The position numbers and the translations under genes were made by a program. DNA of 64,000 nucleotides from an uncultured Verrucomicrobiae bacterium (GTDB lineage Bacteria; Verrucomicrobiota; Verrucomicrobiia; Chthoniobacterales; JAATET01), in contig CAVRCI010000013.1 of assembly GCA_963719495.1 (NCBI GenBank), forward strand, positions 416,001 through 480,000. The letters are read 5' to 3'. This document shows, in pieces, positions 49,925 to 58,884 of the stretch. The stretch's first letter is position 1, and each line of letters starts with the position of its first letter. The notes under the pieces are model-generated. The model had not been told where the DNA came from. It saw only the letters and a list, made by a program, of their open reading frames with translations, and ran no database searches.

Positions 49925-50200
49925 ATGCCCGCCCACCAAATCCACTACGAAGGCCGAGTCCAAGGCGTCGGCTTCCGCTACACCGTCAAGAGTCTCGCCA
50001 AAGGCTACGAGGTCACCGGCACCATCCGCAACCTCCCCGACGGCCGAGTCGAACTCCGAGCCCAATCCGACGAAGCCGAAGAGCTCACCGACTTCCTCAC
50101 CGCCATCCGCGAAAGCACCCTCGCCGGCCACATCCAAAACGAAACCGCAACCACCACCCAACCCGACCCGACCCTCCGAGGCTTCGCAATCGTCGCGTAG
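49925..50200 (+). CDS. acyP: Acylphosphatase
   Basis: GRVQGVGFR, G.IRNLPDGRVE. Confidence 0.92.
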   Translation: MPAHQIHYEGRVQGVGFRYTVKSLAKGYEVTGTIRNLPDGRVELRAQSDEAEELTDFLTAIRESTLAGHIQNETATTTQPDPTLRGFAIVA

Positions 50201-50206
50201 CGCCGC

Positions 50207-50256
50207 GGGGGACCGCGACCTTCCAGGTCGCCGGTCCCGGCTTCCAGCCGGGACCC
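50207..50256. repeat. Tandem REP-like hairpins
   Basis: gcgaccttccaggtcgc and gtcccggcttccagccgggac. Confidence 0.65.
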
Positions 50257-50318
50257 CCAACCAAACCGGCGAAGCCGCACTTCCAAAACCTCCCACCAAG
50301 TGCGATAAGAACCCCGCC

Positions 50319-51203
50319 ATGCCAACCGCCGTCTCCCTCCAGAATCTCACCAAAGTCTACCCCGTCCCGCTCCGCCGCGAGCGCCTCGTCGCCGTCCGCG
50401 ACCTCAGCCTCACCATCCCCGAAGGCGAAGTCTTCGGCCTCCTCGGCCCCAACGGCTCCGGCAAGAGCACCACGCTCAAAATGCTCCTCGGCCTCGCCCG
50501 CCCCACCTCCGGCACCGCCGAAGTCTTCGGCCACGCCAGCGGCAGTTTCCCCGCCCGCTCCGAAGTCGGCTTCCTCCCCGAAAACCCCTACTTCTACAAA
50601 TTCCTCACCGGCGCCGAGACCCTCGCCTTCTACGGCAAACTCAGCGGCCTCGGCGGCAAACCGCTCAAAGCCCGCACCGACGAACTCCTCGACCTCGTCG
50701 GCCTCCAATCCGCCCGCGACCGCCGCGTCGGCGGCTACTCCAAGGGCATGCTCCAGCGCATCGGACTCGCCCAAGCCATCATCCAGGACCCCCGCCTCGT
50801 TGTCCTCGACGAACCCACCGCCGGAGTCGATCCCGCCGGCTCCCGTCAGATTCGCGACCTCATCCTGGAGCTCAAAAACCGCGGCACCACCGTCCTCCTC
50901 ACCTCCCACCTCCTCGAGCAGGTCCAGGACGTCTGCGATCGCGTCGGCATCATGGCCAAAGGTCAAATGGTCCGCCTCGGCCCGTTGGAAGAATTGGTCG
51001 CCGTCGACAACCAAACCCAGTTCATCGTCGAAAACGCCGACCCCACCCTCACCGAAAAAATCACCGCCCTCATCCAGGAGTCGAAATCCGCCACCCTCCT
51101 GGAAACCCGCCAACCCCAACGCTCCCTCGAACGAGTCTTCCTCGAAGTCACCCAGGAAGAAAAAAATCCCGTCAATCCTGTGAATCCAGTCAATCCCGTT
51201 TAG
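50319..51203 (+). CDS. ABC-2 type transporter ATP-binding protein
   Basis: GPNGSGKST, YSKGMLQRIG, LDEPT, TSH. Confidence 0.92.
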   Translation: MPTAVSLQNLTKVYPVPLRRERLVAVRDLSLTIPEGEVFGLLGPNGSGKSTTLKMLLGLARPTSGTAEVFGHASGSFPARSEVGFLPENPYFYKFLTGAETLAFYGKLSGLGGKPLKARTDELLDLVGLQSARDRRVGGYSKGMLQRIGLAQAIIQDPRLVVLDEPTAGVDPAGSRQIRDLILELKNRGTTVLLTSHLLEQVQDVCDRVGIMAKGQMVRLGPLEELVAVDNQTQFIVENADPTLTEKITALIQESKSATLLETRQPQRSLERVFLEVTQEEKNPVNPVNPVNPV

Positions 51204-51230
51204 TTGGCTAAAAACCGCCGCCAAGCACCC

Positions 51231-51860
51231 ATGACCTACTTCATCACCGGCACCGACACCGAAGTCGGCAAAACCTACTTCACCAACCTCCTCATCCGCG
51301 CCCTCCGCGAAGCCGGCAAAGACGCCGTCGGCATGAAGCCCATCGCTTGCGGCTCCAACGAAGACACCGGCATCCTCGTCGCCGCCTCCGGCAACGACGT
51401 CTCCCTCTCCGACCTCAACCCCGAGTATTTCGAGCATCCCGTCGCCCCCCTCACCGCCGCCAATCTCGCGGGCCGCGCCATCGATGTCGACCGCATCCTC
51501 GCCGCGCACCACCGCCTCACCGAAGCCCACGAGATCGTCATCGTCGAAGGAGCCGGCGGCTGGCAGACCCCCATTCTCGCCGATTTCACCATGGGCGACC
51601 TCGCCCGCTCCATGGACGCAACCGTCGTCGTCGTCGTCGCCAACAAACTCGGCGCCCTCAACCACACCCTCCTCACCCTCGCGAGCATCAAGCACTTCGG
51701 CCTCCCCTGCGCCGGCATCGTTTTCAATCACATTGGCAGCTGCGAAGACATCGCCGCCCAGACGAACCGCAGGATCCTCGATCAAATCACCGCCGTCCCC
51801 ATCCTCTGGGAACTCGCCGCCGACCAAACCAAACTGGACGATGTAGCGGCGGTTCTATGA
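51231..51860 (+). CDS. bioD: Dethiobiotin synthase
   Basis: FITGTDTEVGKT, KPIACG, VEGAGG, LGALNHTLLT. Confidence 0.95.
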   Translation: MTYFITGTDTEVGKTYFTNLLIRALREAGKDAVGMKPIACGSNEDTGILVAASGNDVSLSDLNPEYFEHPVAPLTAANLAGRAIDVDRILAAHHRLTEAHEIVIVEGAGGWQTPILADFTMGDLARSMDATVVVVVANKLGALNHTLLTLASIKHFGLPCAGIVFNHIGSCEDIAAQTNRRILDQITAVPILWELAADQTKLDDVAAVL

Positions 51861-51888
51861 ACCGCTCACCCTGCCGCCCCGCACGTCG

Positions 51889-53718
51889 ATGTGTGGAATA
51901 GCCGGATTCGTCGGACGCGGAGACCGGAACGTCCTCCGGGCGATGACCGATTCCATCGCCCACCGCGGCCCCGACGCTGACGGATTCTGGGTCGATCAAA
52001 AAACGAGCGTCCACCTCGGCCACCGCCGCCTCGCCATCGTCGACCTCGCCGGCGGAGCCCAGCCCATGTGGACCGCCGACGAGCGCCTCGGCATCGTCTT
52101 CAACGGCGAGATCTACAACCACGCCGAGCTCCGCGACCGCCTCAAAGACCTCGGTCGCGTCTTCCAGACCGACCATTCCGACACCGAAGTCCTCCTTCAC
52201 GCCTACCGCGAATGGGGCGACGCCTTCGTCCACGAACTCAACGGCATGTGGGCCTTCGCGATCCACGACCGCGACCGCAACCGCCTCTTCCTCAGCCGCG
52301 ACCGCTTCGGCAAAAAGCCCCTCTTCTGGTTCCACCAATCCGGCACCGTCGCCTTCGCCTCCGAGCTCACCGCCCTCCGCGCCCACCCCGCCTGCCCGAC
52401 CGCCACCTCCACCCGCGCCCTTCAGAAATTCTTCGCCTACGCCTTCATCCCCGCCCCCCTCACCATTCTCGAAGGCGTCCACCAGCTCCCCGCCGGCCAC
52501 AACCTCACCGTCGACCTCTCCGACCCGACACCCCGCCTCACCCGTTACTGGGAATACCTCCTCGAACCCACCGAACCCACCCGCTCCGATGACGACCTCG
52601 CCGACGAACTCCTCGCCCTCGTCGACGCCGCCGTCCAGCGCCGCCTCATGGCCGACGTCCCCCTCGGCATCTTCCTCAGCGGAGGCGTCGACTCCTCCCT
52701 CGTCACCGCCCTCGCCGCCCGCCACGTCCCCGCCGACCAACTCAAAACGTTCAGCATCGGCTTCACCGAACCCACCTTCGACGAACTCCCCTTCGCCAAC
52801 CAGGTCGCTCAGCTCATCGGCACCGACCACCGCACCGAAACCCTCGACCTCGACAAAGCCCTCGACTGCCTGCCCGAGATTTTCGCCAAGCTCGACCAGC
52901 CCCAGGGCGACGGCTCCCTCCTCCCGACCTGGCTCCTCTCCCGCTTCACCCGCCGCCACGTCACCGTGGCCCTCGGCGGCGACGGCGGCGACGAACTCTT
53001 CGCCGGCTACGACCCCTTCCTCGCCCTCCGCCGGGCCGAACTCTACGCCAAAACCGTCCCCCGCCCCGTCCACGCCGCCCTGCGCCACCTCGCCGCCTTC
53101 CTCCCCACCAGCCACGCCAACATCAGCCTCGATTTCAAAATCAAGCGCACCCTCCGCGGCCTCTCCCACCCCGCCGCCCTCTGGAATCCCGTCTGGCTCG
53201 GAGCCCTCGAACCCAAAGAAATCGCCGACTTCGTGGTTCAGCCCATCGACCCCGAAGACCTCTACTCCGAGGCCATCACCGCCTGGGAATCCGCCCCCAC
53301 CGGCGACATCGTCGACCGCAGCCTCCAATTCTACACCCGCCTCTACCTCGCCGACGGCATCCTCGCGAAAGTCGACCGCGCCAGCATGCTGAACTCGCTC
53401 GAAGTCCGCGCCCCCCTCCTCGACATCGAGGTCGCCAATTTCGCCCGCCGCCTCCCCAACCGATTCAAACTCCGCGGCAACACCACCAAATACCTCCTCA
53501 AGCTCGCCGCCACCCGCGTTCTTCCCCCCGAGATCGTCCACCGAACGAAAAAGGGCTTCGGCAGCCCGCTGGGAGCCTGGCTCAAAACCGGCCGCCTAGC
53601 CCCGCAATCCCCCGCTCCCTTCGTCCAAACCCGCCTGGCCGCTCACCGATCCGGCGAATCCGACGAACGTCTCTTCCTCTACTGCCAACACGCCCTCGAG
53701 CAATGGCAACGGAAATGA
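51889..53718 (+). CDS. asnB: Asparagine synthase (glutamine-hydrolysing)-like amidotransferase
   Basis: MCGIAG, HRGPD, FNGEIYN, RDRFGKKPL, LSGGVDSS, GDGGDELFAGY. Confidence 0.93.
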   Translation: MCGIAGFVGRGDRNVLRAMTDSIAHRGPDADGFWVDQKTSVHLGHRRLAIVDLAGGAQPMWTADERLGIVFNGEIYNHAELRDRLKDLGRVFQTDHSDTEVLLHAYREWGDAFVHELNGMWAFAIHDRDRNRLFLSRDRFGKKPLFWFHQSGTVAFASELTALRAHPACPTATSTRALQKFFAYAFIPAPLTILEGVHQLPAGHNLTVDLSDPTPRLTRYWEYLLEPTEPTRSDDDLADELLALVDAAVQRRLMADVPLGIFLSGGVDSSLVTALAARHVPADQLKTFSIGFTEPTFDELPFANQVAQLIGTDHRTETLDLDKALDCLPEIFAKLDQPQGDGSLLPTWLLSRFTRRHVTVALGGDGGDELFAGYDPFLALRRAELYAKTVPRPVHAALRHLAAFLPTSHANISLDFKIKRTLRGLSHPAALWNPVWLGALEPKEIADFVVQPIDPEDLYSEAITAWESAPTGDIVDRSLQFYTRLYLADGILAKVDRASMLNSLEVRAPLLDIEVANFARRLPNRFKLRGNTTKYLLKLAATRVLPPEIVHRTKKGFGSPLGAWLKTGRLAPQSPAPFVQTRLAAHRSGESDERLFLYCQHALEQWQRK

Positions 53719-54890
53719 AAAATCCGCAATCCGAGATCCGCAATCCGCAATCCCTCCGGGTTCTCTGCCTCAACTACGAATACCCCCCCGTCGGCGGAGG
53801 CGGTGGCCGGGCCGCCACCCAGATCAACGCCGGCCTCGTCGCCCGAGGTCACCAGGTCCGAGTCCAAACCGCGGGCCTAAGTCACCTCCCAACCCACGAA
53901 ACCGTCGACGGAGTCGAAATCCACCGCACCCGATCGTTCCGCCAACGCGAAGACACCTGCACGGTCCCCGAGATGGCGCTCTTCCTCGTCACCAGTTTCC
54001 TCCCCACCCTCCGCCACGTCCGCGAGTGGCGGCCCGACGTCATCCACGTCCACTTCGCCGTCCCCACTGGAGCCCTCGCTCTCGCCGTCCACCTCCTCAC
54101 CCGCGTCCCCTACGTCCTCACCGCGCACCTCGGCGACGTCCCCGGCGGCGTCCCCCAACAAACCGCCGGTCTCTTCCGCCTGGTTCAGCCCTTCACCGTC
54201 CCCATCTGGAAACAAGCCGCCGCCATCACCGCCGTCAGCACCTTCGTCGCCGACCTCGCGGAGGCAGCCTACCACCGCCGCCCCCAGGTCATCCCCAACG
54301 GCCTCCGCCTCTCCCCCCGTCCCACGATCGAAGTCCACAACCCCGTCCGCATTCAACTCGTCGGTCGCCTCAGCGAACAAAAGAACCCCCTCCTCGCGCT
54401 GGCCGCCCTAGCCCAACTTGCGGAAAAAAACTGGACCCTCGAAGTCATCGGCGACGGCCCCCTCCGACAAAACTTCGATGCGGCCGCATCGAAGTTTTGC
54501 ATTCGGGATCAAGTGACGATGTCCGGCTGGCTCGGCGCCGACGAAGTCGCCGCCCGGATGGCCACCGCCGACATCCTCCTCATCACCTCCCACACCGAAG
54601 GCCTCCCCATGGCCGCGCTGGAAGCCCTGAACCATGGCCTCGCCATCGTCTCCACCCGAATCGGCGGAGTCGCCGACGTCGTCGAAGACGGAGTCAACGG
54701 CACCCTCGCCGAACCCAATCCATCCGCAATCGCTGCCGCGCTCCGCCCCTACCTCGAAGCCCCCGCCATCCTCCATCAGGCCCGCCAAGCCTCATCAGAT
54801 AAAGCCAAAGCCTTCGACCTTCCAAACATCGTCACCGCCTACGAAAAAACCCTCGAGGCCACCCAGCGCGAAGCGCCCCAACCAAGGTAG
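53715..54890 (+). CDS. Glycosyltransferase family 4
   Basis: NYEYPPVGGGG, GRLSEQKN, EGLPMAALEA. Confidence 0.92.
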   Translation: MKNPQSEIRNPQSLRVLCLNYEYPPVGGGGGRAATQINAGLVARGHQVRVQTAGLSHLPTHETVDGVEIHRTRSFRQREDTCTVPEMALFLVTSFLPTLRHVREWRPDVIHVHFAVPTGALALAVHLLTRVPYVLTAHLGDVPGGVPQQTAGLFRLVQPFTVPIWKQAAAITAVSTFVADLAEAAYHRRPQVIPNGLRLSPRPTIEVHNPVRIQLVGRLSEQKNPLLALAALAQLAEKNWTLEVIGDGPLRQNFDAAASKFCIRDQVTMSGWLGADEVAARMATADILLITSHTEGLPMAALEALNHGLAIVSTRIGGVADVVEDGVNGTLAEPNPSAIAAALRPYLEAPAILHQARQASSDKAKAFDLPNIVTAYEKTLEATQREAPQPR

Positions 54891-54961
54891 GGCAGCCGGG
54901 CCCCGGGTGCCGTGACCCTCTCCCAGCGTCCCCGCACCACGCCCAACCCCCGCCGCGCCAA

Positions 54962-56077
54962 TCACCCCGGCACCGCCAACCCCCAACGCCCCGCGACCCC
55001 ACGCAACTCTTCATCCACCCCCCACCGATCCGCCGTTGCCTCCCCTTCAAAATCCGCGCTCGCGCCCTTGAGGGCCATGCAACCCGTATTGTCCCCGATC
55101 TCACGAATCAGCGCCAGATCCTCATCCGTCAGCGTCACGTCCGGAATCGCCGCCAGCTCCTCCGCCTTCGTTCGAATCGTCTTCGCATCATCGCCCGGTT
55201 CTTGAATCAAACTCGGAGCCACGCACGCGACCGCCGGTTGCTGCAAGTCCCACACGCAAGCCAACTGAAGCATCGTCAGCCCATGCCGGTTCGCGATCGG
55301 CCGCAGCCGCTCGAGCTTCTCGTTGCCCGCCTCGACCCAACCCGCCGGTCGAAAGGTCCGGTGATCCCGCGGCGCAAATTCATGATTCGGCTTCACGTCG
55401 TCGTGAAAAAGTCCGCCGTAATCCACCACGCGCGTCAGGATTTTCGTCCCCGTCGCCTCCGCCGCCTTCAAGCACAAGCTCCCCGGCCAAGGCTCCAGCG
55501 GATTGAGAATGACCATCGCCCAGTCGATCAAATCCGGAAACCGCTCGAGGCATCGCACGAGATCCAGCGTGAACCCATTCGCCGGCCCCGGCGCGATCCC
55601 TAGCTGATCCGTCAACCCCGCCGCCTTCACCGCCGCCATCCCTTCCCACACCACCTCGCTCGTGTAACCGACCGCGTCCGGGTTGTGCAGCAGCAGCAGA
55701 TCGAAACGCTCTACGCCGCACCGCTTCAGCGACTGCTCCGTCGCCGTCCGTAGATACTCCGCGTATTCGCCTTCGCCCCGCAGCGCCGAATTCGTAAACC
55801 GCGGAAACCCCTTCGACCCCTCCCGCTCGCCCCTGATGAAATCGTGCCCCACCGCACCGACGAGGCTGAAACTGTCCCGCGGCACCTCAGCCAAGGCCCG
55901 CCCCAGCAGCGAATCGGCCTCCCCCGCCCCGTAGACATCGGCCGTGATAAAAGTCCGCAGCCCGGCCTCATAAGAATGGCGAATGAGTTCGATGTAGGCG
56001 TCGTCGTCGAGCGGCACCCCGTAGTGCATGAAGCGCCCGCCGCTCCACATCCCGAAGGCAGATTGAGTCAATTGCAT
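54962..56077 (-). CDS. Aldo/keto reductase
   Basis: FITADVYGAGEAD..LG, SLKR...FDLLLLHNP. Confidence 0.85.
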   Translation of the reverse strand: MQLTQSAFGMWSGGRFMHYGVPLDDDAYIELIRHSYEAGLRTFITADVYGAGEADSLLGRALAEVPRDSFSLVGAVGHDFIRGEREGSKGFPRFTNSALRGEGEYAEYLRTATEQSLKRCGVERFDLLLLHNPDAVGYTSEVVWEGMAAVKAAGLTDQLGIAPGPANGFTLDLVRCLERFPDLIDWAMVILNPLEPWPGSLCLKAAEATGTKILTRVVDYGGLFHDDVKPNHEFAPRDHRTFRPAGWVEAGNEKLERLRPIANRHGLTMLQLACVWDLQQPAVACVAPSLIQEPGDDAKTIRTKAEELAAIPDVTLTDEDLALIREIGDNTGCMALKGASADFEGEATADRWGVDEELRGVAGRWGLAVPG

Positions 56078-56145
56078 CCTCCAATCCTACCCGGTCCCGC
56101 GTCCCATTCGACAACTTTGAGAAGGCGGATCTGCGTGAGAAAAAA

Positions 56146-58149
56146 TCACCCCCCCAGCAGGTCCTTCATCCGCGCAAAACTGTTCGCGAACTGCTCGTCG
56201 TCCAGTGGCTCGTTCACGATGTCTTCGAAGTTCCGCCGCTCGACACCCGCGCCGTCGATTTCGTCCAAAAACCGGCTCGGCTCGCAGAAAACCGGTGCTC
56301 CCCAGCGCATCCGGTTGCGGCAATGCGTGATCGTGAGCGACGTCATCGCCCGCGTCACGCCCACGTAAAAAAGCCGCCGCTCCTCGTCCACGGTGTCCTC
56401 GGCCTTCGACCGCTCGTGCGGCAGTAATCCTTCCTCGGCACCGATCAACGTGACGTGCGGGAACTCCAGCCCCTTCGCCGCGTGCAGCGTGATGAGCGTG
56501 ACCCCGTCGCTCTCGTCCGCCTTCTTCTCCTGCCGGTCGCGGTCAAGAGTCACCTCGTCCAGAAACCCCCGCAGTCCCTTGTTGGCGCGCTTCTGGTAGT
56601 CCTGCAAGCTGATCAGAAATTCGCGCACGTTCGACTCCCGCTTGTCGGCCTCGGTCGGCGTCTTGCACGACCGCCGCAGGTCGTCGAAGTAACCCGACTC
56701 GTCCAGCAGCTTCTGCACGATCGCCGCCGCGTCCTCGCCCGGCGTCGCGATCTCGATGCGCGCCGCCGCGATCGTCTCGGAAAATTCCCGCACCTTGTTC
56801 GAAGTCCGCGTCGGCACGTAAGCCATGAACTCGGCGCTCGTCATCTCGTCGAAAAGACTTCGCTCACTCCCGATACTCCGCTCCAACGCCAGATCCACCG
56901 TCGTCGCGCCGATGCCGCGCGGCGGCGTGTTGATGATCCGCAACAACGCCTGATCGTCACCCGGATTGATGAGCACCGTCATCGTCGCCATCACGTCCTT
57001 CACCTCGCGCCGATCATAGAAACTCTTCCCGCCGACAACCCGATACGGAATCCGCAAACGCCGCAAATTCTCCTCGAACCCGCGCGACTGCGCGTTCATC
57101 CGGTAGAGAATCGCGAAGCTCTCCCACGGCGCGCCCTCGGAGTGCTGGCGCGCCGCGATTTCGTTCACGATGAACTCCGCCTCCTCCTTGTCGTCCGGCA
57201 CGGCGATGATTTGCACCGACTCGCCGCCCTCGCGGGGACTCCAGAGATTTTTTCCTCGGCGTCGCGTGTTGTGGGCGATCACGCGGTTCGCCGCCTGCAG
57301 GATCTCGTTCGTGCTCCGGTAGTTCTGCTCCAGCTTCACGACCGTCGGATCGGGGAAGTGTTTCTCGAATTCCAGGATGTTCGTCACCTCCGCCCCGCGC
57401 CACCCGTAGATGCTCTGATCGTCGTCGCCGACGACGCAGACGTCCGGAGGATCGCCCGCCGCCAGCATCGACACCAGATCGAGTTGCAGCTTGTTCGTAT
57501 CCTGGAATTCATCGACCAGCAGGTGCCGGTAAAGCGACCGCCAGCGCTCCCGCACCTCGGGAAAATCCGCCAGCAACCGCACCGCATTCACGAGTAAGTC
57601 GTCGAAATCCATCGCGTTCTGCGCGCGCAAATCATTCTCGTAGCGCCGATAAACGGCACCCACCACCGTCTCCTCATCCTGCGGCGGGCCCCAGCCGTTG
57701 TTCTTCGCCTTGCTGATCGCCGCCCGCGCCGCGCCCGGCTCCAGCGATTCCCCCTCGGCGCACACGCGGTTGATGATCTTCTTCACGAGGCTCTGCTGAT
57801 CGCCGTCGTCGAAGATCGAGAAATTCTTCTTATACCCGAGGCACTCCGCGTCCGTCCGCAGGATCCGCATGCACAGCGAGTGGAAGGTCGAAATCGAAAC
57901 CTCCGCCCCCGCCTCCGGGTCGACCATCCCCATCGCCCGCTCCCGCATCTCGCGAGCCGCCTTGTTGGTAAACGTCACCGCCAGAATCGACGAAGGCCGC
58001 GCCCCCTGCGCGATCAACCACGCGATCCGCGAGGTAATCACCCGAGTCTTCCCCGTCCCCGCCCCCGCCAGAATCAGCAGAGGCCCACCCGTATGAGTCA
58101 CCGCCGCCTTCTGCTCGTCATTGAGGTCCCAAAGCCGAAAACGACTCAT
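56146..58149 (-). CDS. UvrD/Rep/PcrA DNA helicase
   Basis: AGAGTGKT, TFTNKAA, DEFQDTN, GDDDQSIYGWRGA, QNYRS, HAAKGLEF, EERRLFYV. Confidence 0.95.
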   Translation of the reverse strand: MSRFRLWDLNDEQKAAVTHTGGPLLILAGAGTGKTRVITSRIAWLIAQGARPSSILAVTFTNKAAREMRERAMGMVDPEAGAEVSISTFHSLCMRILRTDAECLGYKKNFSIFDDGDQQSLVKKIINRVCAEGESLEPGAARAAISKAKNNGWGPPQDEETVVGAVYRRYENDLRAQNAMDFDDLLVNAVRLLADFPEVRERWRSLYRHLLVDEFQDTNKLQLDLVSMLAAGDPPDVCVVGDDDQSIYGWRGAEVTNILEFEKHFPDPTVVKLEQNYRSTNEILQAANRVIAHNTRRRGKNLWSPREGGESVQIIAVPDDKEEAEFIVNEIAARQHSEGAPWESFAILYRMNAQSRGFEENLRRLRIPYRVVGGKSFYDRREVKDVMATMTVLINPGDDQALLRIINTPPRGIGATTVDLALERSIGSERSLFDEMTSAEFMAYVPTRTSNKVREFSETIAAARIEIATPGEDAAAIVQKLLDESGYFDDLRRSCKTPTEADKRESNVREFLISLQDYQKRANKGLRGFLDEVTLDRDRQEKKADESDGVTLITLHAAKGLEFPHVTLIGAEEGLLPHERSKAEDTVDEERRLFYVGVTRAMTSLTITHCRNRMRWGAPVFCEPSRFLDEIDGAGVERRNFEDIVNEPLDDEQFANSFARMKDLLGG

Positions 58150-58784
58150 TCCTCCGCCCCCATCCCGCCGAGGGGTCGGCCGAGGGGTCGGTCATTCATT
58201 TTGACATATTTCCCCACCAGCCGCTCCAGCACCGCGGGATACAGCGCGTGCTCCGCGACCTGAATCCGCGCGTGCAGCGACTCCGGCGTGTCGTCCGCCA
58301 GCACCGCCACTTCCGTCCGTCCCAAGATCTCCCCCGTATCCACCCCGCTGTCGACGTAATGCACCGTGCAGCCCGACCGGGTCGCCCCATCCTCGACCGC
58401 CTGGCGCCAAGCCTCCAACCCCCGGTAAGCGGGCAGCAGCGACGGATGAATGTTCACGATCCGCCGCGGAAACGCCTCGAGCAACGGAGCCTTCACCACC
58501 CTCATGTAACCCGCCAGCACCACGAGATCGACCCGCGCCGCCCGCAATCGCTCGACCAGCCCCACCTCGACCTCCGGCGAGAGCCGTGTCCGATAGCGCG
58601 GCTCGTCCAACGCAAAACTCTCGATCCCAGCCTCCTCCGCCAGCCGCAACACTCCCGCCGCCGCCGAATCCGCCCCGACGACCACGACGTCGGCCGTCAA
58701 TTCCCCCGCCCGAATCGCCCGCAAAATCGCGGCAAGATTCGACCCCTTCCCGGACCCCAATACCCCCAATCGCAAACGCCTCAT
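58146..58784 (-). CDS. purN: Phosphoribosylglycinamide formyltransferase
   Basis: SGKGSNL, LAGYMR, NIHPSLLP, GCTVHYVD.GVDTG. Confidence 0.95.
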   Translation of the reverse strand: MRRLRLGVLGSGKGSNLAAILRAIRAGELTADVVVVGADSAAAGVLRLAEEAGIESFALDEPRYRTRLSPEVEVGLVERLRAARVDLVVLAGYMRVVKAPLLEAFPRRIVNIHPSLLPAYRGLEAWRQAVEDGATRSGCTVHYVDSGVDTGEILGRTEVAVLADDTPESLHARIQVAEHALYPAVLERLVGKYVKMNDRPLGRPLGGMGAEE

Positions 58785-58884
58785 CGACCGCCGATCATGC
58801 ACGCCCACCGCCCCCGCGCAAGTCGGGGACGGGATTCCCGATTGTCAGATCACCGCCGCTTCCTCCAGCATCAGTCGTTCACCG

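Noticed and set aside
51889..54890. asnB as a lasso-peptide cyclase
   Set aside because: Intact N-terminal Cys glutaminase domain, no precursor or B protein; the adjacent GT4 suggests glycan amidation.
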